This document shows, piece after piece, positions 10,013 to 19,490 of a stretch of DNA of 59,537 bases. The stretch spans positions 1 to 59,537 of the forward strand of contig DASZUY010000238.1 in the NCBI GenBank assembly GCA_035547495.1, read 5' to 3'. The position numbers and the translations under genes were made by a program. The notes under the pieces were generated by a model. It saw only the letters and a list, made by a program, of their open reading frames with translations. It searched no databases and was not told the DNA's origin. This stretch comes from Parafilimonas sp. Lineage in GTDB: Bacteria; Bacteroidota; Bacteroidia; Chitinophagales; Chitinophagaceae. The stretch's first letter is position 1; each line of letters opens with the position of its first letter.

Positions 10013-10817
10013 ACACATCTTCTGAGAAAGAGAATAGCAAATCATTAAATACTTCAGATTGTTCTTCGTTTACGGCATGTCCTGCGCCATCAATCAAAAA
10101 AACTTTTTGTTTCCAGAGTGGATTGTAATTATTCAAATAATTTGTATTTACAATCGTTTCGTCTTTTCCAAAAGCAACGCAAACAGGAACCTTGAAATTT
10201 TGAATGTTCGTTAATTCATCAGTAAGATTTCCCTCCATTAATGCTTTTGCTAATTGCTCTCTGAAAACAGGGTCAGTAATTCGATAAGTTTTAATGAAGT
10301 TTGTTGCCGCGTCCTTATTTTTCAAATGTGCAAATGCAAAGCTTTTTAAATCCTCGTCTGAAGGATTGGCGGCAGTTATTACTTCTGCCTTTTCAATTGG
10401 CTTCAATATTTTTTCTGCAGGAAATTCTTCATTTACAATGCAGGCTCCGGCTAACATTATTCCTGCGCAGCCACGTAAGGGTAGTTGCATTTCACCAATA
10501 ATATTTGTTCCATAAGAAAGACCAGCCAATATGTAATTTTTTATTTTCAATTTGTCAATCAAATCCTTTATAAGTATCGCAATTTTTGCAGGACGATAAT
10601 TTTCAGGATTGTTTTGACAGCGCCCGGATTCTCCGTGTCCCGGCAAATCAATGGCAATTAATTGGTAATGCTCATTCAACTTTTTACTTTGCAGTTGAGG
10701 AAGCCAGCTATCAGCGCTTTGTGAATTGCCATGAATAAAAACGATTGTATTTTTTCCTAAACCTGACATTTTAAGATTGACCGCAGTACTGTTCAGGTGA
10801 AACTTTTGTTGATTCAT
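10005..10817 (-). CDS. Alpha/beta hydrolase, AidH-like (candidate lactonase/esterase)
   Basis: IHGNS, PQL, DLPGHGES, GLSYG nucleophile elbow, GKDE and LWKQKVFLIDGAGHA. The start is probably MNQQKF (10817) rather than 10889. Confidence 0.85.
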   Translation of the reverse strand: MNQQKFHLNSTAVNLKMSGLGKNTIVFIHGNSQSADSWLPQLQSKKLNEHYQLIAIDLPGHGESGRCQNNPENYRPAKIAILIKDLIDKLKIKNYILAGLSYGTNIIGEMQLPLRGCAGIMLAGACIVNEEFPAEKILKPIEKAEVITAANPSDEDLKSFAFAHLKNKDAATNFIKTYRITDPVFREQLAKALMEGNLTDELTNIQNFKVPVCVAFGKDETIVNTNYLNNYNPLWKQKVFLIDGAGHAVNEEQSEVFNDLLFSFSEDVFK

Positions 10818-10916
10818 AATCCGGTTGTTTATTGAGATTAAAATTATTGGATTGTTTATAATTTTATCTTTATGAAGTATTATTTTCATCTTTAAACATT
10901 AATCAACCAACGCTGC

Positions 10917-11717
10917 ATGAAACTTAAGCGTTCCACCATCAATTCTTATCTGAATGTGCTGGATAAGGTTTATTATAATGACGAAGAAATAAGCTTTGAA
11001 TTTATTTATCAACTGCTAACTAATTTCAAGCAGGTAGCGAATGTAATTCCGTTTACAGTACCTGTCTTCTTTATAATTGATTATACAAAAGCACAATATC
11101 TTTCACTCTCGGGTGGAGTACACATGACCTTATACCCGCCTCAAGAATTTCTTGAAGGAGGCATTGATTTTTTAGTGCACATTTATAATCCATACGATTT
11201 CAAAGTGTACAATGAAAAAGTGTTTAACGCCAACGTGAATTTTTTGAAAACGGTTTCATGCCAGGAACATCATAAATACGTGTTCTCTTATAATTTTCGT
11301 TTTCTAAATGGTGCAGGCGAATGGTGTGCTGTGTATCAGCGCAGTTCCTACATAACGTCTAAACAAACCGGGTTGCCTTTGTATAATATTGGAATGGTAT
11401 CGGATATTACTGCATTTAAAACAGACACCACCATGCTGCATACTATTGAATACTTTGAGCAAAAAGAAGACGGGTTTACTAAAACCCTGGTACAAAAAAA
11501 TTTTTTTTATCCTTATGAAGAAGATATGCTTTTAACGCGGAGGGAAAAAGAAATATTAAAGCGAATGACTGATGGATTAACGAGTAAAGAAATTGCTGAA
11601 AAATTCTTTTTAAGTGAAGACACAATCATTAATCACAGAAAAAATATGCTGCGAAAAACAAATACAAAAAATGTTGCTGAACTTATTTCGTATTGTTTGA
11701 AAAATAAAATTATTTGA
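10917..11717 (+). CDS. PAS-domain LuxR/GerE-family transcriptional regulator
   Basis: LTRREKEIL...GLTSKEIAEKFFLSEDTIINHRKNMLRKT helix-turn-helix. Paralog of 9218..10012 (IDYT, DFK.YNEK, T.LPLY.IG.V.DI shared). Confidence 0.92.
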   Translation: MKLKRSTINSYLNVLDKVYYNDEEISFEFIYQLLTNFKQVANVIPFTVPVFFIIDYTKAQYLSLSGGVHMTLYPPQEFLEGGIDFLVHIYNPYDFKVYNEKVFNANVNFLKTVSCQEHHKYVFSYNFRFLNGAGEWCAVYQRSSYITSKQTGLPLYNIGMVSDITAFKTDTTMLHTIEYFEQKEDGFTKTLVQKNFFYPYEEDMLLTRREKEILKRMTDGLTSKEIAEKFFLSEDTIINHRKNMLRKTNTKNVAELISYCLKNKII

Positions 11718-11732
11718 CTTCAAAAGAATCAA

Positions 11733-12545
11733 ATGAAACTGCTTTTCTTTCCAGGTGGCCCGGGCTTCAATTCAAATCCGGAAATTCAGTTACTGAAAAC
11801 GAAATACGTAGATGAGGGAATTGATTTTATCGGCTGGCATGAGCCATCTGTTTTTCGTACAAATGGAGATGTATTTACTGCTGAAAATGCTTTTAAAAAT
11901 TATTTGCAAAGTGCTGAAACATTTTTCAGAAAAAATTTTTCAGGTGAACCCCTTACAATATTTGGTTTTTGTTTTGGAAGCTATCCTGTAAAATATCTTT
12001 TAAGAGAACATGCTGATAAAATAAAGTTTGCAATTATCGCCACTCCTGATTTTTGCTTGCCTCGAACGGATAAGAATATATTTATTCATGTGATGAATGA
12101 TTATAAGCAACATAATGATATAAGGGCTGAAGTAATGAAAGAGATACTCGATAATTATCCTTCAACATTTGATGAAAATATGGAAAGAGGATTTAGGTTA
12201 GCTGCTGAAAATCCAAATCTTTTTCATTATTACTGGCAAAACGATGAACAGATGCAGAACTTTGTTCAATATTATAACGGGAAATATCAAATAGATGTTG
12301 AAGGCTTTTTAGCAGTAAGAAGAACGATGTTTGAAATAAATTTAAAAAAATGCAAAGTTCCTGTAACAGTAATTTACGGAAAGCATGATAAAATAATTTC
12401 GATCAGCGATGAACTAAAAAAAATTCCTGAACTGTTTAGTAATTGTTCTCTAATGGAAATGGAAAGATCATCACATTATCCCCATATCGAACAGGCAGAA
12501 GAAGTGCTTGCACACATTCAAAAAGAACTCCGGAAAAAACCCTAA
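11733..12545 (+). CDS. Alpha/beta hydrolase, proline-iminopeptidase-like fold with a GFCFG elbow
   Basis: PGGPG oxyanion motif, GFCFG, YGKHD, SSHYPH; starts 15 bp after the LuxR stop. Confidence 0.8.
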   Translation: MKLLFFPGGPGFNSNPEIQLLKTKYVDEGIDFIGWHEPSVFRTNGDVFTAENAFKNYLQSAETFFRKNFSGEPLTIFGFCFGSYPVKYLLREHADKIKFAIIATPDFCLPRTDKNIFIHVMNDYKQHNDIRAEVMKEILDNYPSTFDENMERGFRLAAENPNLFHYYWQNDEQMQNFVQYYNGKYQIDVEGFLAVRRTMFEINLKKCKVPVTVIYGKHDKIISISDELKKIPELFSNCSLMEMERSSHYPHIEQAEEVLAHIQKELRKKP

Positions 12546-12647
12546 ACTTTGAAAGTTCCGTTTTCTATTTTCCAAATTAAGGGTAAACACTACAACTTTG
12601 AATTATCAGCCAATAGTTTGCTCGTTGAAAAATAAATTTTGTATTTA

Positions 12648-12687
12648 AAAAAACTATTGCATAAGTTTATTGCCGGAATAGTTTTTT
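12648..12687. terminator. Inverted repeat, possible terminator or attenuator upstream of the 12770 gene
   Basis: AAAAAACTATT (12648-12658) pairs with AATAGTTTTTT (12677-12687). The stem is AT-rich and therefore weak. Confidence 0.4.
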
Positions 12688-12769
12688 AGCCTGACCCATT
12701 TTTTTAACTGCTGAGCCATACCACGACTGCTGATTCATTACAACAACTGAACATTAATTTTTCTCTTCC

Positions 12770-15700
12770 ATGAAAACTGTAATTTTTTTACGAAAGACAG
12801 GTATAATTATAATACTTTTTTCATGTGGCACTTATAATTCCCAAAGTCAATCTTGGAGTTCTGTAGGAGGCGGTCTAAATAAGTGGGCATTGTGCTTGAC
12901 GGCTTTTAATAATCAGCTATATGTTGGTGGAGGATTCACGACAGCCGGAGGAAGTGTCGCTAACTACATAGCAGCATGGAATGGATTGCAATGGTCTTCT
13001 TTAGGCTCTGGAATGAATTCGCAAGTAGAAGTGATTGGAGTTTTTAATAATAACATATATGCAGGCGGTTCTTTTACAACTGCGGGAGGGGTAAGCGTTT
13101 CATCTATAGCAAAGTGGGATGGTGCTAATTGGGCAGCATTGGGAAAAGGTATTCACGGTGGTGTGTACGCAATAACAGAATACAATGGTTATTTGTATGT
13201 TGGCGGTACCTTTGACTCAGCGGGTACTATAGCTGCAAATAATATTGCAAAATGGGATGGTAGTAATTGGTCTTCCGTCGGGAATGGATTAAATTCATAC
13301 GTTAATACTCTTTCTGTAATTGATGGACTTCTTTATGTTGGAGGAGGTTTTTCAAAAGCTGGTGGTATTACAGCAAAATCTATTGCAAAGTGGGATGGAA
13401 ACATCTGGTCATCCTTAGGTAGCGGTACAAATGGTAGTGTTGGTAGCATACAAAAATTTAATGGCGACATATATATCGGAGGTAGTTTTACAAATGCGGG
13501 AGGATTATCTGCAAACAATATAGCCAAGTGGAACGGAAGCAGTTGGGCTTCTTTAATATCCGAGCCCAACAATTTGGTGACAGATTTGAAAGTTTTTGGT
13601 TCATCATTATATGTTTGTGGACTATTTTCTCAAGTAGGCTCAGTTTACGGAAATATAGTCAAATGGGATGGCAATAACTGGTCTTCAGTTGGATACGCTG
13701 ACGGAAACGCCGCGAACTGCTTGGAGCTATTTAATTCAAATTTATTTTTAGGAGGCGATTTTTATTCAGTGGGGGGTACCCCCGCAAACAATATAGCTGT
13801 CTATTCAAATTCAATCGCCACTGTTCAACCTAAAATATACACGTCAAATAGCTCTTTAAACAGTGGACAAATCCAAACAATAACAGGAAGCAACTTTACA
13901 AATAATGGCACTATAAATCTATATGTACAAAACAGCAATGGTGATTTAATATCTACGAATAATTCTTTCACCTATTTATCAAACGGTGGTTTCACGTATC
14001 AATTGCCAATTACTTCAGATATGCCCGGCGGTGAGTATACTGTTTATGCAATAGATGCTATTACAGGAGTTTCAACACCTACTATTAAATTTTTAGTAAA
14101 TAATACAACACAACAAAAACTTTGGATAAATGAACCTACGGGTAGCAGTAAGTACGAAACCGATAATCCTGTTATAATTACCTGGGGAGATTTTATTACA
14201 AATTCAAATGTTACAGGTAAATCAGGATTAATAACGAAGCATTACAAAATTGAATATTCAAGCGATAACGGAGCCACTTGGAATACTATTTCAAATTCAG
14301 TTCAGGAAAACGCGACTTCAAATCAAAGCAATTCGTTTACTAGCAGCTATAGTTTTAGTAATGCAGGTAACACTTATAAAATAAGAGTAACCGATATTGA
14401 TAATCCTTCAAATTATAATATCGGCGCAACTTTTAAAATAACTGCTTCATCAAGTATAGGTGGTTATACTTCTTCTTTAGAATGGGATAAAAGTTCGCCT
14501 GTTCCTTTCAATGTTTCCCATCCGTACGGATTAGCTGCAGATGGAACAGCACGGGTTTTAATAAAGTTCGCCCGCAGTGCGGGCAATAAGAAAAGCGTAA
14601 AAGCAATCAGTGCACAAATACTGCCGTCAGGGAACGACCAAACTTCTTCAGGAACAAGCTTATTAGGTAAAATCACATTGGCTACCAATATTAATCAATA
14701 TAGTCTTGAAGGAAATTACGCAAACAACACTTCAGCTTCCGTAAATTATGCAGTTCCTGACGCCAGCCAAAGTTTTTACTTCTGGTTAGTAGCACCAGAT
14801 GATTTTATAAATGTTCAAAGCAACCAAGATTTAGAGAATCAAACCGGGCAAAGAACAATTAAAGTCGCATTCAATATAACATACAATGACAATACAAAAG
14901 AGAAGGATACGGTAAAAAACATTCAAATTGTAAGACCTCCATTAATGATGGTGCATGGTTTAAACGGTGATGCAACTTCGTTTGACAATGCAAAATATAA
15001 TTTTGGCTGGTCATCACCTAAGTACTTCAAACAATCACAACAGAATGGGTTAGTTAAAGTATATGACCAGATTGAACTCATAAAATATGCTTCTTTTGAT
15101 GATAATGCTCAGGTCTTATTGAGTGAAGGAGGTCCTAATTCTTTTCAAAAACTCTTGGGTGAGATGCATAGCGCAGGTTATGCTTCTAACAGGGTCGATT
15201 ATGTATGTCATAGTATGGGCGGTTGTGTTGCAAGAACAGTGATTTCTTATTATGGTAGCAAATATGTGCCCTCTATACAAGATACAAATCTTTATAAATT
15301 CAGAAATTATGGAAGCGGATTCATTAATAAATTGATTACGATTAATACTCCACACAACGGGTCCGAATTAGCGGATTGGGTGTATGATAAATATAAATAT
15401 GGAATAACTCCTTTGAACCCATTAGATATAGCAGCCTACGACTTCTTTGGCTTTGAAACGTATTTCCACCAATTCGATGGCTACTTTGTTGAGACCAGTC
15501 CGACTCGTTATGACGTTTCTCCAGCGATCTTGGATTTACGAGCCTACAGTGGCGGAATCCATTTGCCAACCACTTATGTAAAAAACCATTTAATAGGAAG
15601 TGATGTGGATTATGCGAACAATCAGAGTGAAACAAATTTGTTATCGAATGAGAACTTAGAAATTTATGGATTATATAAAGTATTGCTGGGCTTAAAGATT

Positions 15701-16930
15701 TTTACCTCTGTTCATGATTATTACGCGGATAATTATGGAACAGATGAATACTTATCTAATTCAGATTTAATAGTACCTATTTCAAGCCAACTACCCGAAA
15801 AAACCATAAATCAGATTCCTAATGTTAAAGATAATCCATTCGTTGAATCTAATTCATCTATACTTTATGGTCCAGATGTGCTTCCAGTAAATCATTTAGA
15901 TATAAAGGATAATGTGGATGTTGGCAATCGCGTAATGGTTTTATTAAATGCACCGATTAATTCATCATATTTTGCTGATGAGATCCCTGCAAATCAAAAC
16001 TTAGTAAATAGAAATCAGGTAGCTAATTTTTCTGATTCAAGTTTTAGCTACTTTGATAAGAAGCACATTAAAATTCAATCTCCTTTAAACAATGCAACAA
16101 AATATGTTGATAGCAGTTTGGCAATAACCATTAAAGTAAAAGACACTTCGCATCTTCAACAAATAGAAATTTTCTTTCAAGGTCAGTCGTATCGATCTAA
16201 CTCGAAGGATTCATTGCAAACATTCAACGTTCAGGTTGGATCCAACTCAATCGGAAAAGATAAAATAATAGCAGAGGCAATTTATGATTCAGCTGGTTTC
16301 TCTGTTAGTCATGTTGATACTGTAAATATTCATGTCAATTCTTTAGATACGTTAAAGGGTTTTTACATTACTCCAAAATCAATAAATCTAAATCCTAAGC
16401 AAACTTTCATACCCGAGTACAATGCAATTTTTTCACATTATGTTGGGTTAATTAATAACGACAACAGTTCACTGCAATTTAAGATTGGCGATACGCATGT
16501 TATTAAATATGTTGATTCATTGCATGAGTTTATAGCAAAAGATACAGGCACAACTTATATTATTTGTAAGTATAAAGGCTTTGCTGATACAGGATTTATT
16601 TATATCACCAATTCACAAAGCGGTGGTTCATCTAAAGTTTTACCGGGATATACAATTACTGAAAAAATAATTAAGGTTGGCGACAATGAAGGTTTAAAAG
16701 TTTATCCTAATCCAAGCAAAGGAATTTTCGCAATTGACTTAAACACTATGACAAATATTCAAACCCTCAAGATTGTTGACTACAATAGTAAAGAGGTTTA
16801 CAGCAATTATAGGGTTTCAAAAACAACAACGTTACAAATAGATTTAAGTAAGTATGCTGCCGGAGTTTATTTTATTGAAGCATCTGATGGGAAGAAAACT
16901 TATAGTAAAAAAGTAATCATAGAAAAATAA
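12770..16930 (+). CDS. T9SS cargo: beta-propeller repeats + Ig-like domains + alpha/beta hydrolase (lipase-like) + type A CTD
   Basis: About 7 repeats of LYVGG.F..AGG..A..IA.WDG..W..LG.G; hydrolase motifs PLMMVHG, CHSMGG, LITINTPHNGS, SDLIVP; CTD VYPNP...GVYFI. Confidence 0.87.
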   Translation: MKTVIFLRKTGIIIILFSCGTYNSQSQSWSSVGGGLNKWALCLTAFNNQLYVGGGFTTAGGSVANYIAAWNGLQWSSLGSGMNSQVEVIGVFNNNIYAGGSFTTAGGVSVSSIAKWDGANWAALGKGIHGGVYAITEYNGYLYVGGTFDSAGTIAANNIAKWDGSNWSSVGNGLNSYVNTLSVIDGLLYVGGGFSKAGGITAKSIAKWDGNIWSSLGSGTNGSVGSIQKFNGDIYIGGSFTNAGGLSANNIAKWNGSSWASLISEPNNLVTDLKVFGSSLYVCGLFSQVGSVYGNIVKWDGNNWSSVGYADGNAANCLELFNSNLFLGGDFYSVGGTPANNIAVYSNSIATVQPKIYTSNSSLNSGQIQTITGSNFTNNGTINLYVQNSNGDLISTNNSFTYLSNGGFTYQLPITSDMPGGEYTVYAIDAITGVSTPTIKFLVNNTTQQKLWINEPTGSSKYETDNPVIITWGDFITNSNVTGKSGLITKHYKIEYSSDNGATWNTISNSVQENATSNQSNSFTSSYSFSNAGNTYKIRVTDIDNPSNYNIGATFKITASSSIGGYTSSLEWDKSSPVPFNVSHPYGLAADGTARVLIKFARSAGNKKSVKAISAQILPSGNDQTSSGTSLLGKITLATNINQYSLEGNYANNTSASVNYAVPDASQSFYFWLVAPDDFINVQSNQDLENQTGQRTIKVAFNITYNDNTKEKDTVKNIQIVRPPLMMVHGLNGDATSFDNAKYNFGWSSPKYFKQSQQNGLVKVYDQIELIKYASFDDNAQVLLSEGGPNSFQKLLGEMHSAGYASNRVDYVCHSMGGCVARTVISYYGSKYVPSIQDTNLYKFRNYGSGFINKLITINTPHNGSELADWVYDKYKYGITPLNPLDIAAYDFFGFETYFHQFDGYFVETSPTRYDVSPAILDLRAYSGGIHLPTTYVKNHLIGSDVDYANNQSETNLLSNENLEIYGLYKVLLGLKIFTSVHDYYADNYGTDEYLSNSDLIVPISSQLPEKTINQIPNVKDNPFVESNSSILYGPDVLPVNHLDIKDNVDVGNRVMVLLNAPINSSYFADEIPANQNLVNRNQVANFSDSSFSYFDKKHIKIQSPLNNATKYVDSSLAITIKVKDTSHLQQIEIFFQGQSYRSNSKDSLQTFNVQVGSNSIGKDKIIAEAIYDSAGFSVSHVDTVNIHVNSLDTLKGFYITPKSINLNPKQTFIPEYNAIFSHYVGLINNDNSSLQFKIGDTHVIKYVDSLHEFIAKDTGTTYIICKYKGFADTGFIYITNSQSGGSSKVLPGYTITEKIIKVGDNEGLKVYPNPSKGIFAIDLNTMTNIQTLKIVDYNSKEVYSNYRVSKTTTLQIDLSKYAAGVYFIEASDGKKTYSKKVIIEK

Positions 16931-16977
16931 CGATAGTTTTTTCAAATGTTCATTTTAATACACTTCAATCTTTCTTT

Positions 16978-18852
16978 ATGAAAACAAAATTTATATTTAT
17001 TGTAAGCATCTCATGCTTACTAATTACTCTTTCAACAAATGCACAAAACTGGCTAACAACCGGAAACAAAGGTACTAACCCTGATCAAAATTTTTTAGGA
17101 ACAATTGACAGTAAACCACTATCATTTAGAACACAGAATATTGAGCGAATACGTATAAAAATAAATGGTTGGGTTGGTATCGGAACTTCAAATCCGCAAC
17201 AACAACTTGATGTGCATGGCAGTATTAATCTTTCTAACAATTCAGGATTATTTGTAAATAACCTGAGAGTATTTTATACTCAAAATGAAAACACTTTTGC
17301 CGGTCAACTTGCAGGTGGTCTAAACTCATCAGGAAATCTTAATACAGCTTTTGGCAACCATGCGTTATTTGTTAATTCAAGCGGCTCTGATAATGCAGCA
17401 TTTGGAGCTTATGCTTTATATTCAAACACTGGTTTTTTCAATAGCGCTTTTGGAGGAGGAGGCGTTATGTATAATAATACGACAGGATATTCTAATGCAG
17501 CTTTTGGTGATGGAGCCTTGCATTTAAATGGTCAAGGATATGAAAATACAGGATTAGGATTTGATGCATTGTACAGTAATACAAACGGAAATGATAATTC
17601 GGCATTTGGCATTAGGTCTTTATATAATAATCTAACAGGATCAAGCAATGTAGCTATTGGTAATTCATCGCTATTTAGTTCCCAATCTGCAAGCAATGAG
17701 GTTGCAATTGGAGACTCAGCTTTGTATAGTTTAACTAATGGGAATAATTTAGTTGCAATTGGCTCCCAAGCTTTACTAAATAACACAAATGGTGGCGCCA
17801 ATACAGCCGTGGGAACGCAAAGTTTATTTTCAAATACGACTGGAAATTTTAATACTTCAATAGGGGCGTTTAGCCTATACCATAATACTACGGGAGGTTA
17901 TAATACAGTTTTTGGTTCAAATGCTTTATCTGGAAATAGCTCAGGCACTTACAACACAGTTTTCGGATACGGGGTTGATGCGGATTTTGACAATTTAGAT
18001 AATAGTACTGGCATTGGATATGATGTGTTGATTACAGCAAGCAATCAGGTGCGCATAGGAGACGGTACCGTAACAAGCATTGGCGGTTATTCAAACTGGA
18101 CAAATATTTCTGACATAAGGGTGAAGAAAAACATAAAAGAAAATGTACCTGGTTTATTATTTATAAATAAACTTAAGCCTATTACTTATAATCTTAATCT
18201 TGATGCTGCAGATAAAATTTTACAGCGACCTGCTATTAACACAAATGACGGGAAAATTTTACAACGCACGGCTGAAGATGTAGCATCACGCAAAGCAAAG
18301 GAGCAAATTATTTACTCTGGGTTTAGTGCCCAAGATGTTGAAAGAGCTGCAAAAGAAATTGGTTATAATTTCAGCGGTGTGGATGCAGCAAAGAATGCGA
18401 AAGATCTATACGGCTTGCGCTATGCAGAGTTTGTGGTGCCTTTGGTAAAAGCAGTACAGGAGTTAAGTAGAATGAATGATGAAAAAGATTCTGCGATTAA
18501 TAATCTACAGCAACAAATAAATGAATTAAAAATAATGATTGAGTCTTCTAATCAATCAAACATTAGCAAAAGTCAACCAGTTAGTGTTTCATCTGGGTCG
18601 CTTGCTCAAAACACACCTAATCCTTTTTCAAATAGTACAACAATTAGTTATTCTTTGCCTCAAAAATATTCATCAGCCAGAATAGTAGTTACAGACATAA
18701 GTGGAAATAAATTAAAGCAAATAAACTTAGAGGCCAAAGGAAAAGGATCTGTACAGGTGGATGCATCAACATTAGCATCCGGTGCTTATCAGTATTCGTT
18801 ATATGTGAATGATAAATTGATTGAGACAAAACAAATGGTGCTTCAGAAATAA
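16978..18852 (+). CDS. Tail-fibre-like adhesin with peptidase S74 (intramolecular chaperone) domain, coiled coil and T9SS CTD
   Basis: ~14-aa N(T/A)A.G..AL repeats; SDIRVKKNI, GFSAQDVE and LRYAEFVVPLVKAVQEL motifs; C-terminal QNTPNPF...GAYQYSL sorting domain. Confidence 0.87.
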   Translation: MKTKFIFIVSISCLLITLSTNAQNWLTTGNKGTNPDQNFLGTIDSKPLSFRTQNIERIRIKINGWVGIGTSNPQQQLDVHGSINLSNNSGLFVNNLRVFYTQNENTFAGQLAGGLNSSGNLNTAFGNHALFVNSSGSDNAAFGAYALYSNTGFFNSAFGGGGVMYNNTTGYSNAAFGDGALHLNGQGYENTGLGFDALYSNTNGNDNSAFGIRSLYNNLTGSSNVAIGNSSLFSSQSASNEVAIGDSALYSLTNGNNLVAIGSQALLNNTNGGANTAVGTQSLFSNTTGNFNTSIGAFSLYHNTTGGYNTVFGSNALSGNSSGTYNTVFGYGVDADFDNLDNSTGIGYDVLITASNQVRIGDGTVTSIGGYSNWTNISDIRVKKNIKENVPGLLFINKLKPITYNLNLDAADKILQRPAINTNDGKILQRTAEDVASRKAKEQIIYSGFSAQDVERAAKEIGYNFSGVDAAKNAKDLYGLRYAEFVVPLVKAVQELSRMNDEKDSAINNLQQQINELKIMIESSNQSNISKSQPVSVSSGSLAQNTPNPFSNSTTISYSLPQKYSSARIVVTDISGNKLKQINLEAKGKGSVQVDASTLASGAYQYSLYVNDKLIETKQMVLQK

Positions 18853-19126
18853 AGCTATTTTTAGACTAAGGGCTTTATAAAACAGTTACTTCGACTTAAT
18901 GTCAAGGCTTCTATTAAAGTAAAGTTTTTTACAAGTCTTGACTAGGCGCTTTTAACCAATGGGCGGCGAAACTATGGGAGAAATTATGGATCAGTAGATA
19001 TTATCTTATTTTTTCAGAAAGTAACTTTTGTTTTCGATTTCGTGTTGCCCACTTGTTGCCAAAACCGCTGAAACCGTTGGTGGGCAAGGAAAGTCAGTTA
19101 CTGTATCGGGAAGTAATAATGTTTTC

Positions 19127-19166
19127 TTCGTTTCATATTCGTCTCTTGTTCGTTTCATATTCGTCT
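19127..19166. repeat. Tandem duplication, 18-bp unit at 22-bp period
   Basis: TTCGTTTCATATTCGTCT at 19127-19144 and 19149-19166. Confidence 0.8.
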
Positions 19167-19478
19167 TTCTTTGTCCCGAAGGCGAAGAAGAAGCGGTAAA
19201 AAGGCGCCCGCGGTACAGCAATAAGTATAGCAATAGCAATATTTAAATTAGTAAAGTTTCCAGTTGATAATATTGTTGATGAAGAACATTCATACATGAT
19301 GTAGAAGATGGAAGATAATCTGCGCGGTTATTGAACCCGACAGGTTGAGGATTTCATCGCTTTGCGTTTATATGTTGTAACATAATTTCATATTTATAAT
19401 TGTAAAAGTCCTTCGGACTCGTTTTAAACCGCTGCCTGTTGTAATATTTATAGAAACACATCACCAATAATTACTTCA

Positions 19479-19486
19479 TAAATTTG
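19479..19486 (+). promoter_or_regulatory. Bacteroidota -7 promoter box for rnpB
   Basis: TAAATTTG matches TAnnTTTG and lies 4 nt before the P1 helix. Confidence 0.65.
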
Positions 19487-19490
19487 TGAT

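Noticed and set aside
9218-11717. Canonical AHL quorum-sensing LuxI/LuxR pair
   Set aside because: The N-termini look PAS-like rather than autoinducer-binding, and there is no luxI in the window.
16978-18852. Prophage tail fibre
   Set aside because: It has a signal peptide and T9SS CTD, and no other phage genes are nearby.
19006-19246. Overlapping 77- and 72-aa ORFs
   Set aside because: Non-ATG starts, no motifs, and they span a tandem duplication; probably spurious or a remnant.
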